Positions 36,489 through 45,989 of a stretch of DNA of 64,000 nucleotides are shown piece after piece. The DNA comes from a bacterium CG10_46_32 (GTDB lineage: Bacteria > Patescibacteriota > Patescibacteriia > UBA2169). The stretch spans positions 17,494 to 81,493 of the forward strand of contig MOEI01000006.1 in the NCBI GenBank assembly GCA_001889965.1, given 5' to 3'. The notes beneath the pieces were generated by a model, which did not search any database, was not told the origin of the DNA, and saw nothing but the letters and a program-made list of their open reading frames with translations. Both the position numbers and the translations under genes were made by a program. The number at the start of each line of letters is the position of its first letter. The stretch's first letter is position 1.

Positions 36489-37901
36489 ATGTCTAAAGCG
36501 CAAAAAACAATCTTCATCGTCGTGACCCGCGGGTTTATTATCCGAAACATTCTGCGGTCTGGCACTCTTGCATTGCTTAAAAAAGCTGGTTGGCGCGTGG
36601 TGATATTTTTTGATGTCGCAGAAGTTCCTGCGCACTTGCGCCGTGAGTTTGAGGACGAGCAGGTGAGTGTGCACGGGATGCGCGTATCTGTTGCCCGGCC
36701 GCACCGATTATTTTTACGGCTGAGAAAGTATCTTCTCTCAACAAGCTCAACCAAGATTTTGGTGGATTTCCGACAAGGGAGCAAGGATAGACAAAAGTTC
36801 CGCGAAGGATTTTTACCTAAAAAATCTTCGCTTGCAAGCCAGACGCAAAAGCTAAGCATGTCTGTATTGAGCACCATCCCTTTACTTAAGCCTATATACC
36901 GATGGATTGAATATCATATGTTTTCCGAAAAAAATCCCGTGATCCAGCGTTATTTTGACGAATACCAGCCGAACGAAGTGTTTGGCACTTCGGTTGTTTC
37001 TTCTTTGGATATTGCCTTTATGAAAGAGGCTCGCCGCAGAAACATAGTTACCATCGCGATGCCAAAAACCTGGGATAATATTATGAACGGTTATTTCCGT
37101 TTTACCCCGGATTATTTTTTGGTGCATAACGAAATGGCACGTGGCTTAACAGCGCAGTATCAGCATATGCCAAAAGAAAAGATGTTTGTGGTTGGTATGC
37201 CGCAGTTTGACTGGTACCGCAAGGAGGGCGTTCTTAATTCGCGTGCGGAACATTGGAAGAGCAAGGGTCTAGATCCGAATCAAGCGGTCATCTTTTTTGG
37301 TTCAGCGGGTATTTGGGCGGCGCATGACCACGCTATTCCGGAATTAATTTACGGATGGATAGAGCACGGTGAGCTCGCAAAACCGTGCCAGTTATTTTTG
37401 CGTCCGCATTTTAGTAATGTACATGATGACATGTTTAAAAATCTTCGAGGCAAAAAAGGGATTGCTATTGATGATTATAAGATGGTGAATACGTTTAGTG
37501 ATAATTGGGATCCTACAGTTCAGGATACGATTGATTTTACTAATTCCGTTGTATATTGTGATATTATGATAAATATCGGTTCAACGCTTTCTCTGGACGC
37601 ATCCTGCGTTGATCGGCCCATATTAAATCCCGCATTCGGGTGCTCGTTTCAAGGGGGGGAAGATGTGACCTATCCGTACCAGTATGGGGCGGACCACTAT
37701 CAGTGGGTGCTTTCTGAGAACGCAACTAAGCTCTCTTTTAACCCAAAAGAGCTTAAGCAGCAACTGAATGAATATCTTGTGCATCCGGAAGAAGAACAAG
37801 AAGAACGAAAAAATCTTATTAACAAGCTTTGTTATCGCGTAGACGGGCTTGCATCACAGAGGATTGTTGATGCCATTAACAGCAGTGTACGTACTGCGTA
37901 A
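36489..37901 (+). CDS. TagF/glycerophosphotransferase-like GT-B protein, paralog 1
   Basis: KTWDN, VVGMPQFDWY, LRPHF, STLSLDA, DRP; similar over its full length to 47997-49400. Confidence 0.65.
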   Translation: MSKAQKTIFIVVTRGFIIRNILRSGTLALLKKAGWRVVIFFDVAEVPAHLRREFEDEQVSVHGMRVSVARPHRLFLRLRKYLLSTSSTKILVDFRQGSKDRQKFREGFLPKKSSLASQTQKLSMSVLSTIPLLKPIYRWIEYHMFSEKNPVIQRYFDEYQPNEVFGTSVVSSLDIAFMKEARRRNIVTIAMPKTWDNIMNGYFRFTPDYFLVHNEMARGLTAQYQHMPKEKMFVVGMPQFDWYRKEGVLNSRAEHWKSKGLDPNQAVIFFGSAGIWAAHDHAIPELIYGWIEHGELAKPCQLFLRPHFSNVHDDMFKNLRGKKGIAIDDYKMVNTFSDNWDPTVQDTIDFTNSVVYCDIMINIGSTLSLDASCVDRPILNPAFGCSFQGGEDVTYPYQYGADHYQWVLSENATKLSFNPKELKQQLNEYLVHPEEEQEERKNLINKLCYRVDGLASQRIVDAINSSVRTA

Positions 37902-38589
37902 TCATATATATAAGAAGAAAAATATTATAGCTATTATTCCGGCGCGGGGTGGATCCAAAACTATCCCCAATAAAAACCTGGCCCCACTCGGCGGCAAGCC
38001 ATTGATGAGTTACAGTATTGCGCAAGCGCAGCAGTCTCGTTATGTGGATATGATTGTTGTGTCGAGTGACAGCGAAGCTATTCTTGCGGAGGCAAAACAG
38101 CTCGGCGCAGAGGCTATTCGCAGGCCTAAGCAGATGAGTGGCGACACTTCCAAAATGGATCTTGCATTAAGGCATGCGTTGCTGCAGCTCGATTCCATTA
38201 AAGGCTATGTGCCGGATTATATTGTGCTTCTGCAACCCACGAGCCCGTTGCGGAGTGTGGCTACTATTGATCGCGCTATTGTCGCTTTTGTGGATAATGC
38301 AAAAAAATTCGATTCGCTTATTGGTTTGTGCGCAATAGAGTCCAAGATCGGGCACATTAAAAATGGCCGCTATATAGCACTCAATAAGATGAATATGCAG
38401 CGTCAGCAACTTAAGCATATGTACCAGGAGTGCGGCACTATTTTTGTGTTTAAGCCGAGTCGAATTTTAAAGAAGCAATCACTCTATGGCGCGCGCGTAA
38501 TGCCATTTATTGTTGAAAAGAGGCACGAAGCTTTAGATATTAATGACAGCCATGATATGAATATGGCGAATTATTTTTTAACCATATGA
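37870..38589 (+). CDS. neuA: CMP-N-acetylneuraminate synthetase 2 (start ATG 37870 or ATA 37906)
   Basis: IIPARGGSKTIPNKN, VVSSD, LLQPTSPLR, LDIND; directly upstream of neuB. Confidence 0.88.
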   Translation: MPLTAVYVLRNHIYKKKNIIAIIPARGGSKTIPNKNLAPLGGKPLMSYSIAQAQQSRYVDMIVVSSDSEAILAEAKQLGAEAIRRPKQMSGDTSKMDLALRHALLQLDSIKGYVPDYIVLLQPTSPLRSVATIDRAIVAFVDNAKKFDSLIGLCAIESKIGHIKNGRYIALNKMNMQRQQLKHMYQECGTIFVFKPSRILKKQSLYGARVMPFIVEKRHEALDINDSHDMNMANYFLTI

Positions 38590-39620
38590 ATGAAATCAAT
38601 ATAGGTAGTAGAAAAATAGGGCCGCGCCATGCGCCGTTCGTTATTGCGGAGATCGGCATTAACCATGAGGGAAGCATGGCAAAAGCAAAGCGCATGATTC
38701 GCGATGCCGCAAAGGCGGGGGCGGAGTGCGTTAAATTCCAAGCGCACGTGATAAGTGATGAAATGGTTCCTGTCGCAAAAAAAGTCATCCCAGGAAATGC
38801 CAAGGAGTCCATTTGGGACATTATGTCGCGGTGCGCGTTTTCCGAAAAGCAAGATCATGAGCTTAAGGCATACACCGAAAAATTAGGCATGCTGTATCTT
38901 TCTACGCCGTTTTCGCGCGCAGGCGCAGATCAACTCCATAAGATGCAAGTGAAAGCCTATAAAATTGGTTCCGGTGAATGCAACAACTATCCGCTTATCG
39001 AACATATTGCACGGTTTAAAAAACCAGTCATCCTTTCCACAGGTATGAATGATATTGCAAGCGTAAAAAAGAGCGTGGCAATTTTACGCACACACAGTGT
39101 TCCGTTTGCACTTTTACATTGCACAAGTATGTACCCAACGCCGTACGACAAAGTGCGTCTTGGTGCGCTTGCGGATTTAGCGAAAGCGTTTCCAGATGCG
39201 GTTGTTGGACTTTCGGATCATTCGTTTGGTAACTATACGTCATTTGGCGCCATTCCTCTTGGCGCATCAATTTTAGAAAAACATTTTACGTCGTATAAAG
39301 AGTGGCCTGGCCCGGATGTGTCTATTTCTATTGATCCGGCAGAGCTTAAAGAATTAATACAGGGCTCTCGAGCTATTCATGCGGCTTTGGGCGGCAAAAA
39401 AGATATTCTAAAAGAGGAGCAGCCTACTATTAATTTTGCCTATGCATGCGTGGTAACAACCAAGCCCATTGCCAAAGGTGAAAAGTTTACTCAGGACAAC
39501 CTCTGGGTAAAGCGTCCGGGTACCGGGGAAATTAAGGCAATTGAGTATAAAAAAATTATTGGGAAAAAAGCAAAACGAGGTATTAAAGCCGATATGCAAC
39601 TTAAACGGAAGGATATATAG
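38586..39620 (+). CDS. neuB: N-acetylneuraminate synthase (SiaC/NeuB1-like)
   Basis: IAEIGINHEGS, VKFQAH, IPGNA, STPFSR, KIGSGECNNYPL, HCTSMYPT, SDHS, GPD, VKRPGTG. Confidence 0.9.
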   Translation: MNEINIGSRKIGPRHAPFVIAEIGINHEGSMAKAKRMIRDAAKAGAECVKFQAHVISDEMVPVAKKVIPGNAKESIWDIMSRCAFSEKQDHELKAYTEKLGMLYLSTPFSRAGADQLHKMQVKAYKIGSGECNNYPLIEHIARFKKPVILSTGMNDIASVKKSVAILRTHSVPFALLHCTSMYPTPYDKVRLGALADLAKAFPDAVVGLSDHSFGNYTSFGAIPLGASILEKHFTSYKEWPGPDVSISIDPAELKELIQGSRAIHAALGGKKDILKEEQPTINFAYACVVTTKPIAKGEKFTQDNLWVKRPGTGEIKAIEYKKIIGKKAKRGIKADMQLKRKDI

Positions 39621-39624
39621 TACT

Positions 39625-40782
39625 ATGTCAAATAAAAAGCGAACCGTTTTATTTATTAGCGAACGAAGGGCAGACTATAGTCGCTTAAAGCCCATTATGA
39701 AAGCCGTTCAAAAGAGCACAAAGCTTAATTTGAAGCTTGTGGTAACTGGCACGCACCTACTTAAGAATTTTGGAGAAACCAAGCGCGTTGTCGAGAAAGA
39801 TGGATTCTGGATAGATGCGAAAGTTCCTATGTTTAAACCTCGCGGAGCAGACGATGGGGCTGCTATGGTAGAGGCAATGGCGCGAGTACTTGGCGGCCTG
39901 CCAAAGGTGTACAAAAAACTCAAGCCAGACATTGTGTTCTGCGGATTTGATTTAGGTGCGCACCTTGCGGCTGCGATTACGGCAATGCACATGAATATCC
40001 ACGTGGCGCACATACAGGGCGGCGAACGTTCCGGCACTATAGATGAAGTGTTGCGTCATGCGTGCACTAAATTCTCACATATTCATTTTGTCGCAACCGA
40101 GAAAAGCCGAAAGCGTGTTATCAAGCTCGGAGAAGATTCGAAGTATGTATACAATGTAGGGAGCCCAAGTTTGGATACTATCAAATCTATATCTTATCCC
40201 AGTAAAAAAATTATATTTAAAAAATATCATCTTGATCCAGAAAAAAAACTTATTATTTTTCTGCAGCATCCAGTAACCACGGAAGTGGATGAGGTGGTTG
40301 TTCAGATACACCAGACCATAGACGCTGTGCATACTGTTAACCGAAAGTATGGAACTCAAGCGCTGGCCATTTACTCAAATAACGATGCCGGAGGCAAGCG
40401 CATTGTTGCATATCTCAAGAAATCGGGAATTGCAGTCCTGCCGCACGTGGTGTATGAAGATTTTTTGCGACTTTTAAAACATGCGAGCGTGCTGGTTGGA
40501 AATTCCTCAACAGGCATCCACGAGGCTCCTTCGTTTGGATTGCCAACTGTGAATGTTGGTACTCGGCAGCAATTTAGAGAACGCGGGAAAAATGTTATCG
40601 ATACGCCTAATAATAAAGGAAAAATCTTACAGGCAATTGAAAAATCATTATTTGACAAAAAGTATATAAAAATGGTAGAATCTGGTTCTAATCCGTACGA
40701 TAATGGAGATACCGCAAAACAAGTGGTTCACATTCTTGAAAGCGAAACACTGCCCTCAATTCAGAAAGTTATTACCTATTAA
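39625..40782 (+). CDS. neuC: Hydrolysing UDP-GlcNAc 2-epimerase (NeuC/LegG family) 1
   Basis: Start ATG 39625; RRADY, TGTHL, HIQGGERSGTIDEVLRHA, QHPVT, VGNSSTGI.EAP, GTRQ. Confidence 0.88.
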   Translation: MSNKKRTVLFISERRADYSRLKPIMKAVQKSTKLNLKLVVTGTHLLKNFGETKRVVEKDGFWIDAKVPMFKPRGADDGAAMVEAMARVLGGLPKVYKKLKPDIVFCGFDLGAHLAAAITAMHMNIHVAHIQGGERSGTIDEVLRHACTKFSHIHFVATEKSRKRVIKLGEDSKYVYNVGSPSLDTIKSISYPSKKIIFKKYHLDPEKKLIIFLQHPVTTEVDEVVVQIHQTIDAVHTVNRKYGTQALAIYSNNDAGGKRIVAYLKKSGIAVLPHVVYEDFLRLLKHASVLVGNSSTGIHEAPSFGLPTVNVGTRQQFRERGKNVIDTPNNKGKILQAIEKSLFDKKYIKMVESGSNPYDNGDTAKQVVHILESETLPSIQKVITY

Positions 40783-40793
40783 TTACTACGCAT

Positions 40794-41792
40794 ATGCACG
40801 AGCAATTTAAAGACAAAGTTATTCTTATTACTGGAGGGACAGGAACTATTGGATCTGAATTAGTTCAGCAGCTTTTAAAATGCCACCCAAAACAGGTGCG
40901 TATTTTGTCTCGTGAAGAGGGAAAGCAGTATGAGCTTTTGGAGCGGCTTAAGTACCCTAAAAATTTACGGCTTTTAATTGGTGATATCCGAGATCGTGAC
41001 CGCATTGATTATGCGTTTAAAGACGTGGATATCGTGCTGCATACCGCAGCCATGAAGCAGGTTCCGCTCTGCGAATACAATCCGGCTGAGGCGGTAAAAA
41101 CAAATATTGTTGGCAGCCAAAATGTGATTGACGCAAGCCTCAAGAATCAAGTGGAAAAGGTTATTGCGATTTCCACAGACAAGGCAGTATATCCAACGAA
41201 CGTTATGGGAACTTCCAAGCTCATGATGGAAAAAATGTTTATTAACGCCAATTGGACATCTGGTAAAGCGGTAACCAAATTTGCATGTGTACGTTTCGGA
41301 AATGTGGCATGGGCGCGCGGTAGCGTGCTTCCGCTTTGGAAGAAGCAGGCTGAAAATGAAAGTCGCATTAATATTACTAATCCAAACATGACGCGTTTTA
41401 TGATGTCTATTGAGCAGGCAGTTAATCTTGTGCTGAAAGCCGTAGAGCTTGTGCAGGTTGGAGAAATTTTTGTTCTTAAAATGTCGTCCATCACAATTGG
41501 AGAGCTAGGAAATATGTTTACTGCAAAGTATTATCCGGATAAAAAAATTGCCATTTCAGTAAGCGGCGACCGCGTAGGGGATAAAATGCACGAAGAGTTG
41601 GTAGATGACAACGATCGGACAAGCTATATTCTTGAAGATAAAGATATGTATATTTTTGTTCCTCGTTTTTTAGAGCTTTACGGGGTTGAGCAAGATGTGC
41701 CACAGTATGCCGGATTTACAAAGATTGATACGATTGGGCGGTATTCATCCGATGAGCATATTAATTCAGAAAAAATTAAATCTATTGTGTAA
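40794..41792 (+). CDS. UDP-HexNAc 4,6-dehydratase, CapD/PglF/FnlA type
   Basis: ITGGTGTIG, AAMKQVP, STDKAVYPTNVMGTSK (MxxxK, unlike PseB YxxxK), RFGNV, MTRF. Confidence 0.85.
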   Translation: MHEQFKDKVILITGGTGTIGSELVQQLLKCHPKQVRILSREEGKQYELLERLKYPKNLRLLIGDIRDRDRIDYAFKDVDIVLHTAAMKQVPLCEYNPAEAVKTNIVGSQNVIDASLKNQVEKVIAISTDKAVYPTNVMGTSKLMMEKMFINANWTSGKAVTKFACVRFGNVAWARGSVLPLWKKQAENESRINITNPNMTRFMMSIEQAVNLVLKAVELVQVGEIFVLKMSSITIGELGNMFTAKYYPDKKIAISVSGDRVGDKMHEELVDDNDRTSYILEDKDMYIFVPRFLELYGVEQDVPQYAGFTKIDTIGRYSSDEHINSEKIKSIV

Positions 41793-41801
41793 GAGTTTTA
41801 T

Positions 41802-42842
41802 ATGGCAACACACAATGATCTGGCGCGCGCGTATCTCACGCTCGGGTACCATTATATTAGACAGCCGGCTCAAAAAGATCCGTTTCCGCGGGTTAAGGGA
41901 AGCACGTGGAGTGATTTTGGAGCGCATCTGCGGATGATACAAAAATATTTTAATATCATCAGTCTAGATGATGTGTTGCGTTTTCATAGAAATGAGATTG
42001 AATTGTCGCTGACTAAGCCAAATATACTGCTAACTTTTGATGATGGTCTGGAGGAACATTGTAGGGTTGCTCAGATATTGGCTGAGTGTAAAATTCAAGC
42101 GGTGTTTTTTATTCCAACGTGTCTTTTGACAGATAGAGTTCCTATAAATACAACCATTCTGCATTATTCACTAGCTCGGTATGGATTAACTATTTTTTTG
42201 GATGCGTTTCATAAAGCTTTAATAGCGCACGGACTTAAGAACGAAGACTATCCGCTGTATTTTGCTAAAGGAATAGATAATCCTCCCGACAAAATTGTAG
42301 AGATAAAAAAAACCTTTAAGTATGGATTAAGCTACGAGAATTCGCAGGGTATTATTATGCATATTTATCAAGCTTTATTGCTCAAAGACTATCCGAATGC
42401 ATTTGAACTCATGCATATTGACGAAGACAAAGCGAAGAAGATTGTGGATTTTGGTCACAATATAGGAGCGCATACCCATTCACATATATCAGTAGGATCT
42501 ACTGATTTATCAGATGACGCTTTTCAGAAAGAAATTATTCATTCCAAAAATATTTTAGAAAGCAAGCTTGGCGTAAAAGTTGAAAGTATCTCTTATCCTT
42601 TTGGAGAAAAACGAGATTATGACTCTATTGAAGAAAAAATAAGAAAAATGGGGACCTATCAAGCAGGTTTTACGGCCGAGCCGTCTCTTAACACAAAAGA
42701 AACATCACCATTAAAGATTGGGCGATATCTACCTCTTAAAGCTGATACTTCTGATATTTTATTTGATAAATTAAAATCATTACAGATGGGTAAGGAGATA
42801 CTATGGAAATATTGGGAGTTGGCACGGACATCGAAATCATAA
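41802..42842 (+). CDS. Polysaccharide deacetylase (CE4/NodB)
   Basis: GYHYIR, LTFDDG, IGAHTHSH, ISYPFG. Confidence 0.85.
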   Translation: MATHNDLARAYLTLGYHYIRQPAQKDPFPRVKGSTWSDFGAHLRMIQKYFNIISLDDVLRFHRNEIELSLTKPNILLTFDDGLEEHCRVAQILAECKIQAVFFIPTCLLTDRVPINTTILHYSLARYGLTIFLDAFHKALIAHGLKNEDYPLYFAKGIDNPPDKIVEIKKTFKYGLSYENSQGIIMHIYQALLLKDYPNAFELMHIDEDKAKKIVDFGHNIGAHTHSHISVGSTDLSDDAFQKEIIHSKNILESKLGVKVESISYPFGEKRDYDSIEEKIRKMGTYQAGFTAEPSLNTKETSPLKIGRYLPLKADTSDILFDKLKSLQMGKEILWKYWELARTSKS

Positions 42843-43150
42843 ATTCGTTTAGGGCTAAGCCGTATGATGGGCACAAGGTATTGTACAATAAGATTTTTAG
42901 CAAAGCTGAAATTAGTTACTGCTTAAACAAAAATGATAGCTACGCTAGTTTTGCGGGAAAGTTTTGCGCCAAAGAAGCCGTGATAAAAGCGTTTAAGCAT
43001 ACTAATCTTTTTGATATTATATCTGTTGAAATTATAAATAATGCAAACGGCGAACCCGAAGCGTTTACAAACGGAAATAAATTACATTGTTTTTTGTCGA
43101 TTTCACATACCAACGATCAAGCGCTCGCGTTCTGCGTGGCGTATGCGTAA
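42803..43150 (+). CDS. acpS: Holo-ACP synthase (4'-phosphopantetheinyl transferase)
   Basis: GVGTDIE, FAGKFCAKEAVIKA, GEP, LSISH. Confidence 0.92.
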   Translation: MEILGVGTDIEIINSFRAKPYDGHKVLYNKIFSKAEISYCLNKNDSYASFAGKFCAKEAVIKAFKHTNLFDIISVEIINNANGEPEAFTNGNKLHCFLSISHTNDQALAFCVAYA

Positions 43151-43151
43151 T

Positions 43152-44687
43152 ATGGCTCATCTTGTACAACAATATATTGATCGTAATGCACGACAGAATC
43201 CAAAAAAGACGGCTGTAGTGTTTAACGATGAAAGTATAACGTATAAGGATTTGGAGGAATATACAAACCAGCTTGGCCGCGTGCTTAAAAAAGCTGGTGT
43301 AGGCAAAGGGGATCGAGTTTGTTTTTGCCTATATAAATCAATCAATTCCATTAAAGCCATTTTTGGTATTCTAAAAGCGGATGCAAGCTATGTGCCTTTG
43401 GATGCGTTTTCTCCGGCCGCGCGTTTAAAAAAAATTACACAAGACGCCGAACCCAAGGTGCTGGTCTGCGATACAGATACTATGGCACTGGTTAAATCCA
43501 TTATTCCTGTATCTGTCACTGTAGTGTGCTTAGGGAAGAAACGGGTAGATGACAGTATTCTTGCAGAAAAAAAAATCAGCCCTTCTTGTACAAATACTCC
43601 GGAAGACGTAGCATATATTTTTTACACCTCCGGCTCGACCGGAACCCCCAAAGGTGTTATGATAACTCATCGTAATCTTAATGGATGCGCAGATTGGGCT
43701 GTGCGTGAGTTCGGCATTACCAAAAAGGACACGCTCTCTTCCCACCCACCGTTTCATTTTGACCTATCAACGTTTGATATATATGCATGCTTTAAGGCAG
43801 GCGCAACATTGGTTATTGTTCCTGAAAAATTTTCTGTATTTCCGGGCGCGCTTTTAGACTATATTGAGCACCATAGTATGACCATTTGGAATTCCGTGCC
43901 GTCACTCCTCTCGTATGTGGCGCGTTCCGGAGTTTTAACCAAAGATCGTATCCCGCTCGTTAAAAAGATTTTTTTTAACGGTGAAGTGTTTTCACCAAAA
44001 TATCTTGCCCAATGGATGACAATGTATCCTAAAAAAGAATTCGTAAACATGTATGGGCCAACAGAAGCAACAGTGCAGTGCAGTTTTTATCGAATTAAAA
44101 GAGTGCCGAAAAATTTGAAAAAGCCAGTACCTATTGGAAAATCTTGCAGCAACGCTAAAATTTTTGCGGTTACAGTGGATGGCAAAATCGCACGGCCGGG
44201 TCAGCGCGGCGAATTATACATTGGCGGTAGCGGGGTTGGTCGTGGATATTGGAGGAATAGGGAAAAAACCAAAGAATCCTTTGTGCAAAATCCTTTTGCC
44301 GCACCCAAAGGAATCGTGTATAAAACCGGAGACTTTGTATTATACAATAAAAATAAGGAGTACGAGTTTTTAGGAAGGATCGACCACCAGGTGAAGCATA
44401 TGGGCTACCGCATTGAATTAGGAGAGGTGGAGTCCGCGCTTTTGTCTATCTCATACATAAAAGAAGCAATCGTGGTTGCATACGAGAAAGAAACTGGAAA
44501 TGAACTGGCCGCATTTGTAGTTACATCCGGTAAGCGTTCTGCGGCGAGCATAATAGCAGACCTCCGCACGATTGTCCCTGCGTACATGGTTCCGGGCAAG
44601 GTGCTCATGCTTCCGTCATTACCAAAAACCAGCACTGGAAAAACAGACCGTGTGACATTAAAGGAACAGTATGTCGCAAAAGTATAA
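43152..44687 (+). CDS. Stand-alone amino acid adenylation domain (DltA/NRPS A-domain-like)
   Basis: Start ATG 43152; YVPLD, YTSGSTGTPKGV, FHFDLS, NMYGPTE, GELYIGG, YKTGD, GRIDHQVK.MGYRIELGEVE, LPKTSTGKTDR. Confidence 0.92.
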   Translation: MAHLVQQYIDRNARQNPKKTAVVFNDESITYKDLEEYTNQLGRVLKKAGVGKGDRVCFCLYKSINSIKAIFGILKADASYVPLDAFSPAARLKKITQDAEPKVLVCDTDTMALVKSIIPVSVTVVCLGKKRVDDSILAEKKISPSCTNTPEDVAYIFYTSGSTGTPKGVMITHRNLNGCADWAVREFGITKKDTLSSHPPFHFDLSTFDIYACFKAGATLVIVPEKFSVFPGALLDYIEHHSMTIWNSVPSLLSYVARSGVLTKDRIPLVKKIFFNGEVFSPKYLAQWMTMYPKKEFVNMYGPTEATVQCSFYRIKRVPKNLKKPVPIGKSCSNAKIFAVTVDGKIARPGQRGELYIGGSGVGRGYWRNREKTKESFVQNPFAAPKGIVYKTGDFVLYNKNKEYEFLGRIDHQVKHMGYRIELGEVESALLSISYIKEAIVVAYEKETGNELAAFVVTSGKRSAASIIADLRTIVPAYMVPGKVLMLPSLPKTSTGKTDRVTLKEQYVAKV

Positions 44688-44928
44688 CATTCAAAAAATC
44701 GAATCAAGCCTAAAATCTTTTTTGGAAAAAGAAACCAAGAGTGTTATCGCGAGCCGCGACACTGATTTGGTCAAGAAAGGCATTATCAGCTCCTTGGATA
44801 TGTTTTTACTGATTGAATTTATAGAAAAAAAATTCAAAGTGAGTGTGGACATCACCACGCTTAATCCAGAAAATTTTAATTCACTCCGGTCTATCGCCGC
44901 GCACATCGCACTATGGACATCGATATAA
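44671..44928 (+). CDS. Acyl/aminoacyl carrier protein (DltC-like)
   Basis: 85 aa; DTDLVKKGIISSLDMFLLIEFIEKKF and PENFNSL pattern; between the A-domain and the GNAT. Confidence 0.85.
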   Translation: MSQKYNIQKIESSLKSFLEKETKSVIASRDTDLVKKGIISSLDMFLLIEFIEKKFKVSVDITTLNPENFNSLRSIAAHIALWTSI

Positions 44929-45983
44929 GATACGTCAAAAAAAATGAAGTAAAAAAGCTTGTCGCTTTTAACAAGGCGCAGTATCGTCCAGGCCACATCC
45001 TTACGAATAAGCGATATCTGGACTGGCAGTTCGGCAGCCTGAACGCCCTGCGTTCCGAGTATACAGTCCTTGGGGTTTTTGACGCAAAAGAAAATCTGCT
45101 GGGAACATTTGGATTCACTTTTTTGGATTTTTTGTGTTTTGGGAAAAAGGTTACTGCCACCAGTTGTGCTAATTTGATGGTGAATAGCTCGCTTCGTAAT
45201 ATGGGATTGGGATATGCGCTCTTGCGCAAAGCACAGGAACTGCACCGCATTACGCTGGATCATGGGCTGAATGCAGATGCGCTGCGTCTTTTTTTGGGGA
45301 TGGGTTGGTCTGGTGGAGATTTAAATCGGCATGCGTTTATCGTCAATAGCGCGGGGATTAAAAAAATAATCAAGAAGCAGGGTGCGCTAATCCAAGACTC
45401 AACAGCAGTTCCGGTTAATCCGAATGGGTTGGAGCTGGTTGCCCTTAAAAAGTATGATGTGCGACTTGAGGCCTTATTTAAAAAAACAAAATCAAAATAT
45501 CCCATTACCGTGGCGCGGAGCAAGAAATATCTTAATTGGCGTTATTTTAAACACCCACTTATTACGTACTCTGTTTTTGTCGCTACAAAAAACGGGAAGT
45601 TCGAATCGTTTGTAGTTGTTCGCATGGAGGGATCAAAACAGTTAAAAGCTGGCAGGATTGTTGATTTTATTTCCACAGATAGCGCGGAGGCGTTTTCTTT
45701 TGCGGGTGTTGTAGATTTTTGTCGGATACAGGGCGCACATTTTATTGATTATTATTTTTCTGGGAATTTTCATGTGCGCGGATTAGCGCGTGCAAGGTTT
45801 GTTGATTGTTCATCCGGATCGTTTGTTTTATTGCCAAAGTTTTTAAATCCTGTAGTTGTGACAGAATATAATGCCATTAATATGGTAGTTTGCACAACGA
45901 TGCGTACTATTAGTAAAAAAATTAGGAATATTAATAATTGGTACACTACCAAAGGAGGTGGTGACCAGGATCGTGCGTACTAG
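44913..45983 (+). CDS. Tandem GNAT-fold acyltransferase
   Basis: YLDWQF, VNSSLRNMGLG acyl-donor motif, RSKKYLNWRY..HP, GDQD. Confidence 0.7.
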   Translation: MDIDIRYVKKNEVKKLVAFNKAQYRPGHILTNKRYLDWQFGSLNALRSEYTVLGVFDAKENLLGTFGFTFLDFLCFGKKVTATSCANLMVNSSLRNMGLGYALLRKAQELHRITLDHGLNADALRLFLGMGWSGGDLNRHAFIVNSAGIKKIIKKQGALIQDSTAVPVNPNGLELVALKKYDVRLEALFKKTKSKYPITVARSKKYLNWRYFKHPLITYSVFVATKNGKFESFVVVRMEGSKQLKAGRIVDFISTDSAEAFSFAGVVDFCRIQGAHFIDYYFSGNFHVRGLARARFVDCSSGSFVLLPKFLNPVVVTEYNAINMVVCTTMRTISKKIRNINNWYTTKGGGDQDRAY

Positions 45984-45989
45984 ATAACT

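Noticed and set aside
38289-38297. Second perfect DnaA box (TGTGGATAA)
   Set aside because: Isolated within the neuA coding sequence; no box cluster or AT-rich unwinding element, so not oriC
43152-44928. NRPS secondary-metabolite cluster
   Set aside because: No condensation or thioesterase domain; a single A-domain plus carrier in a glycan context
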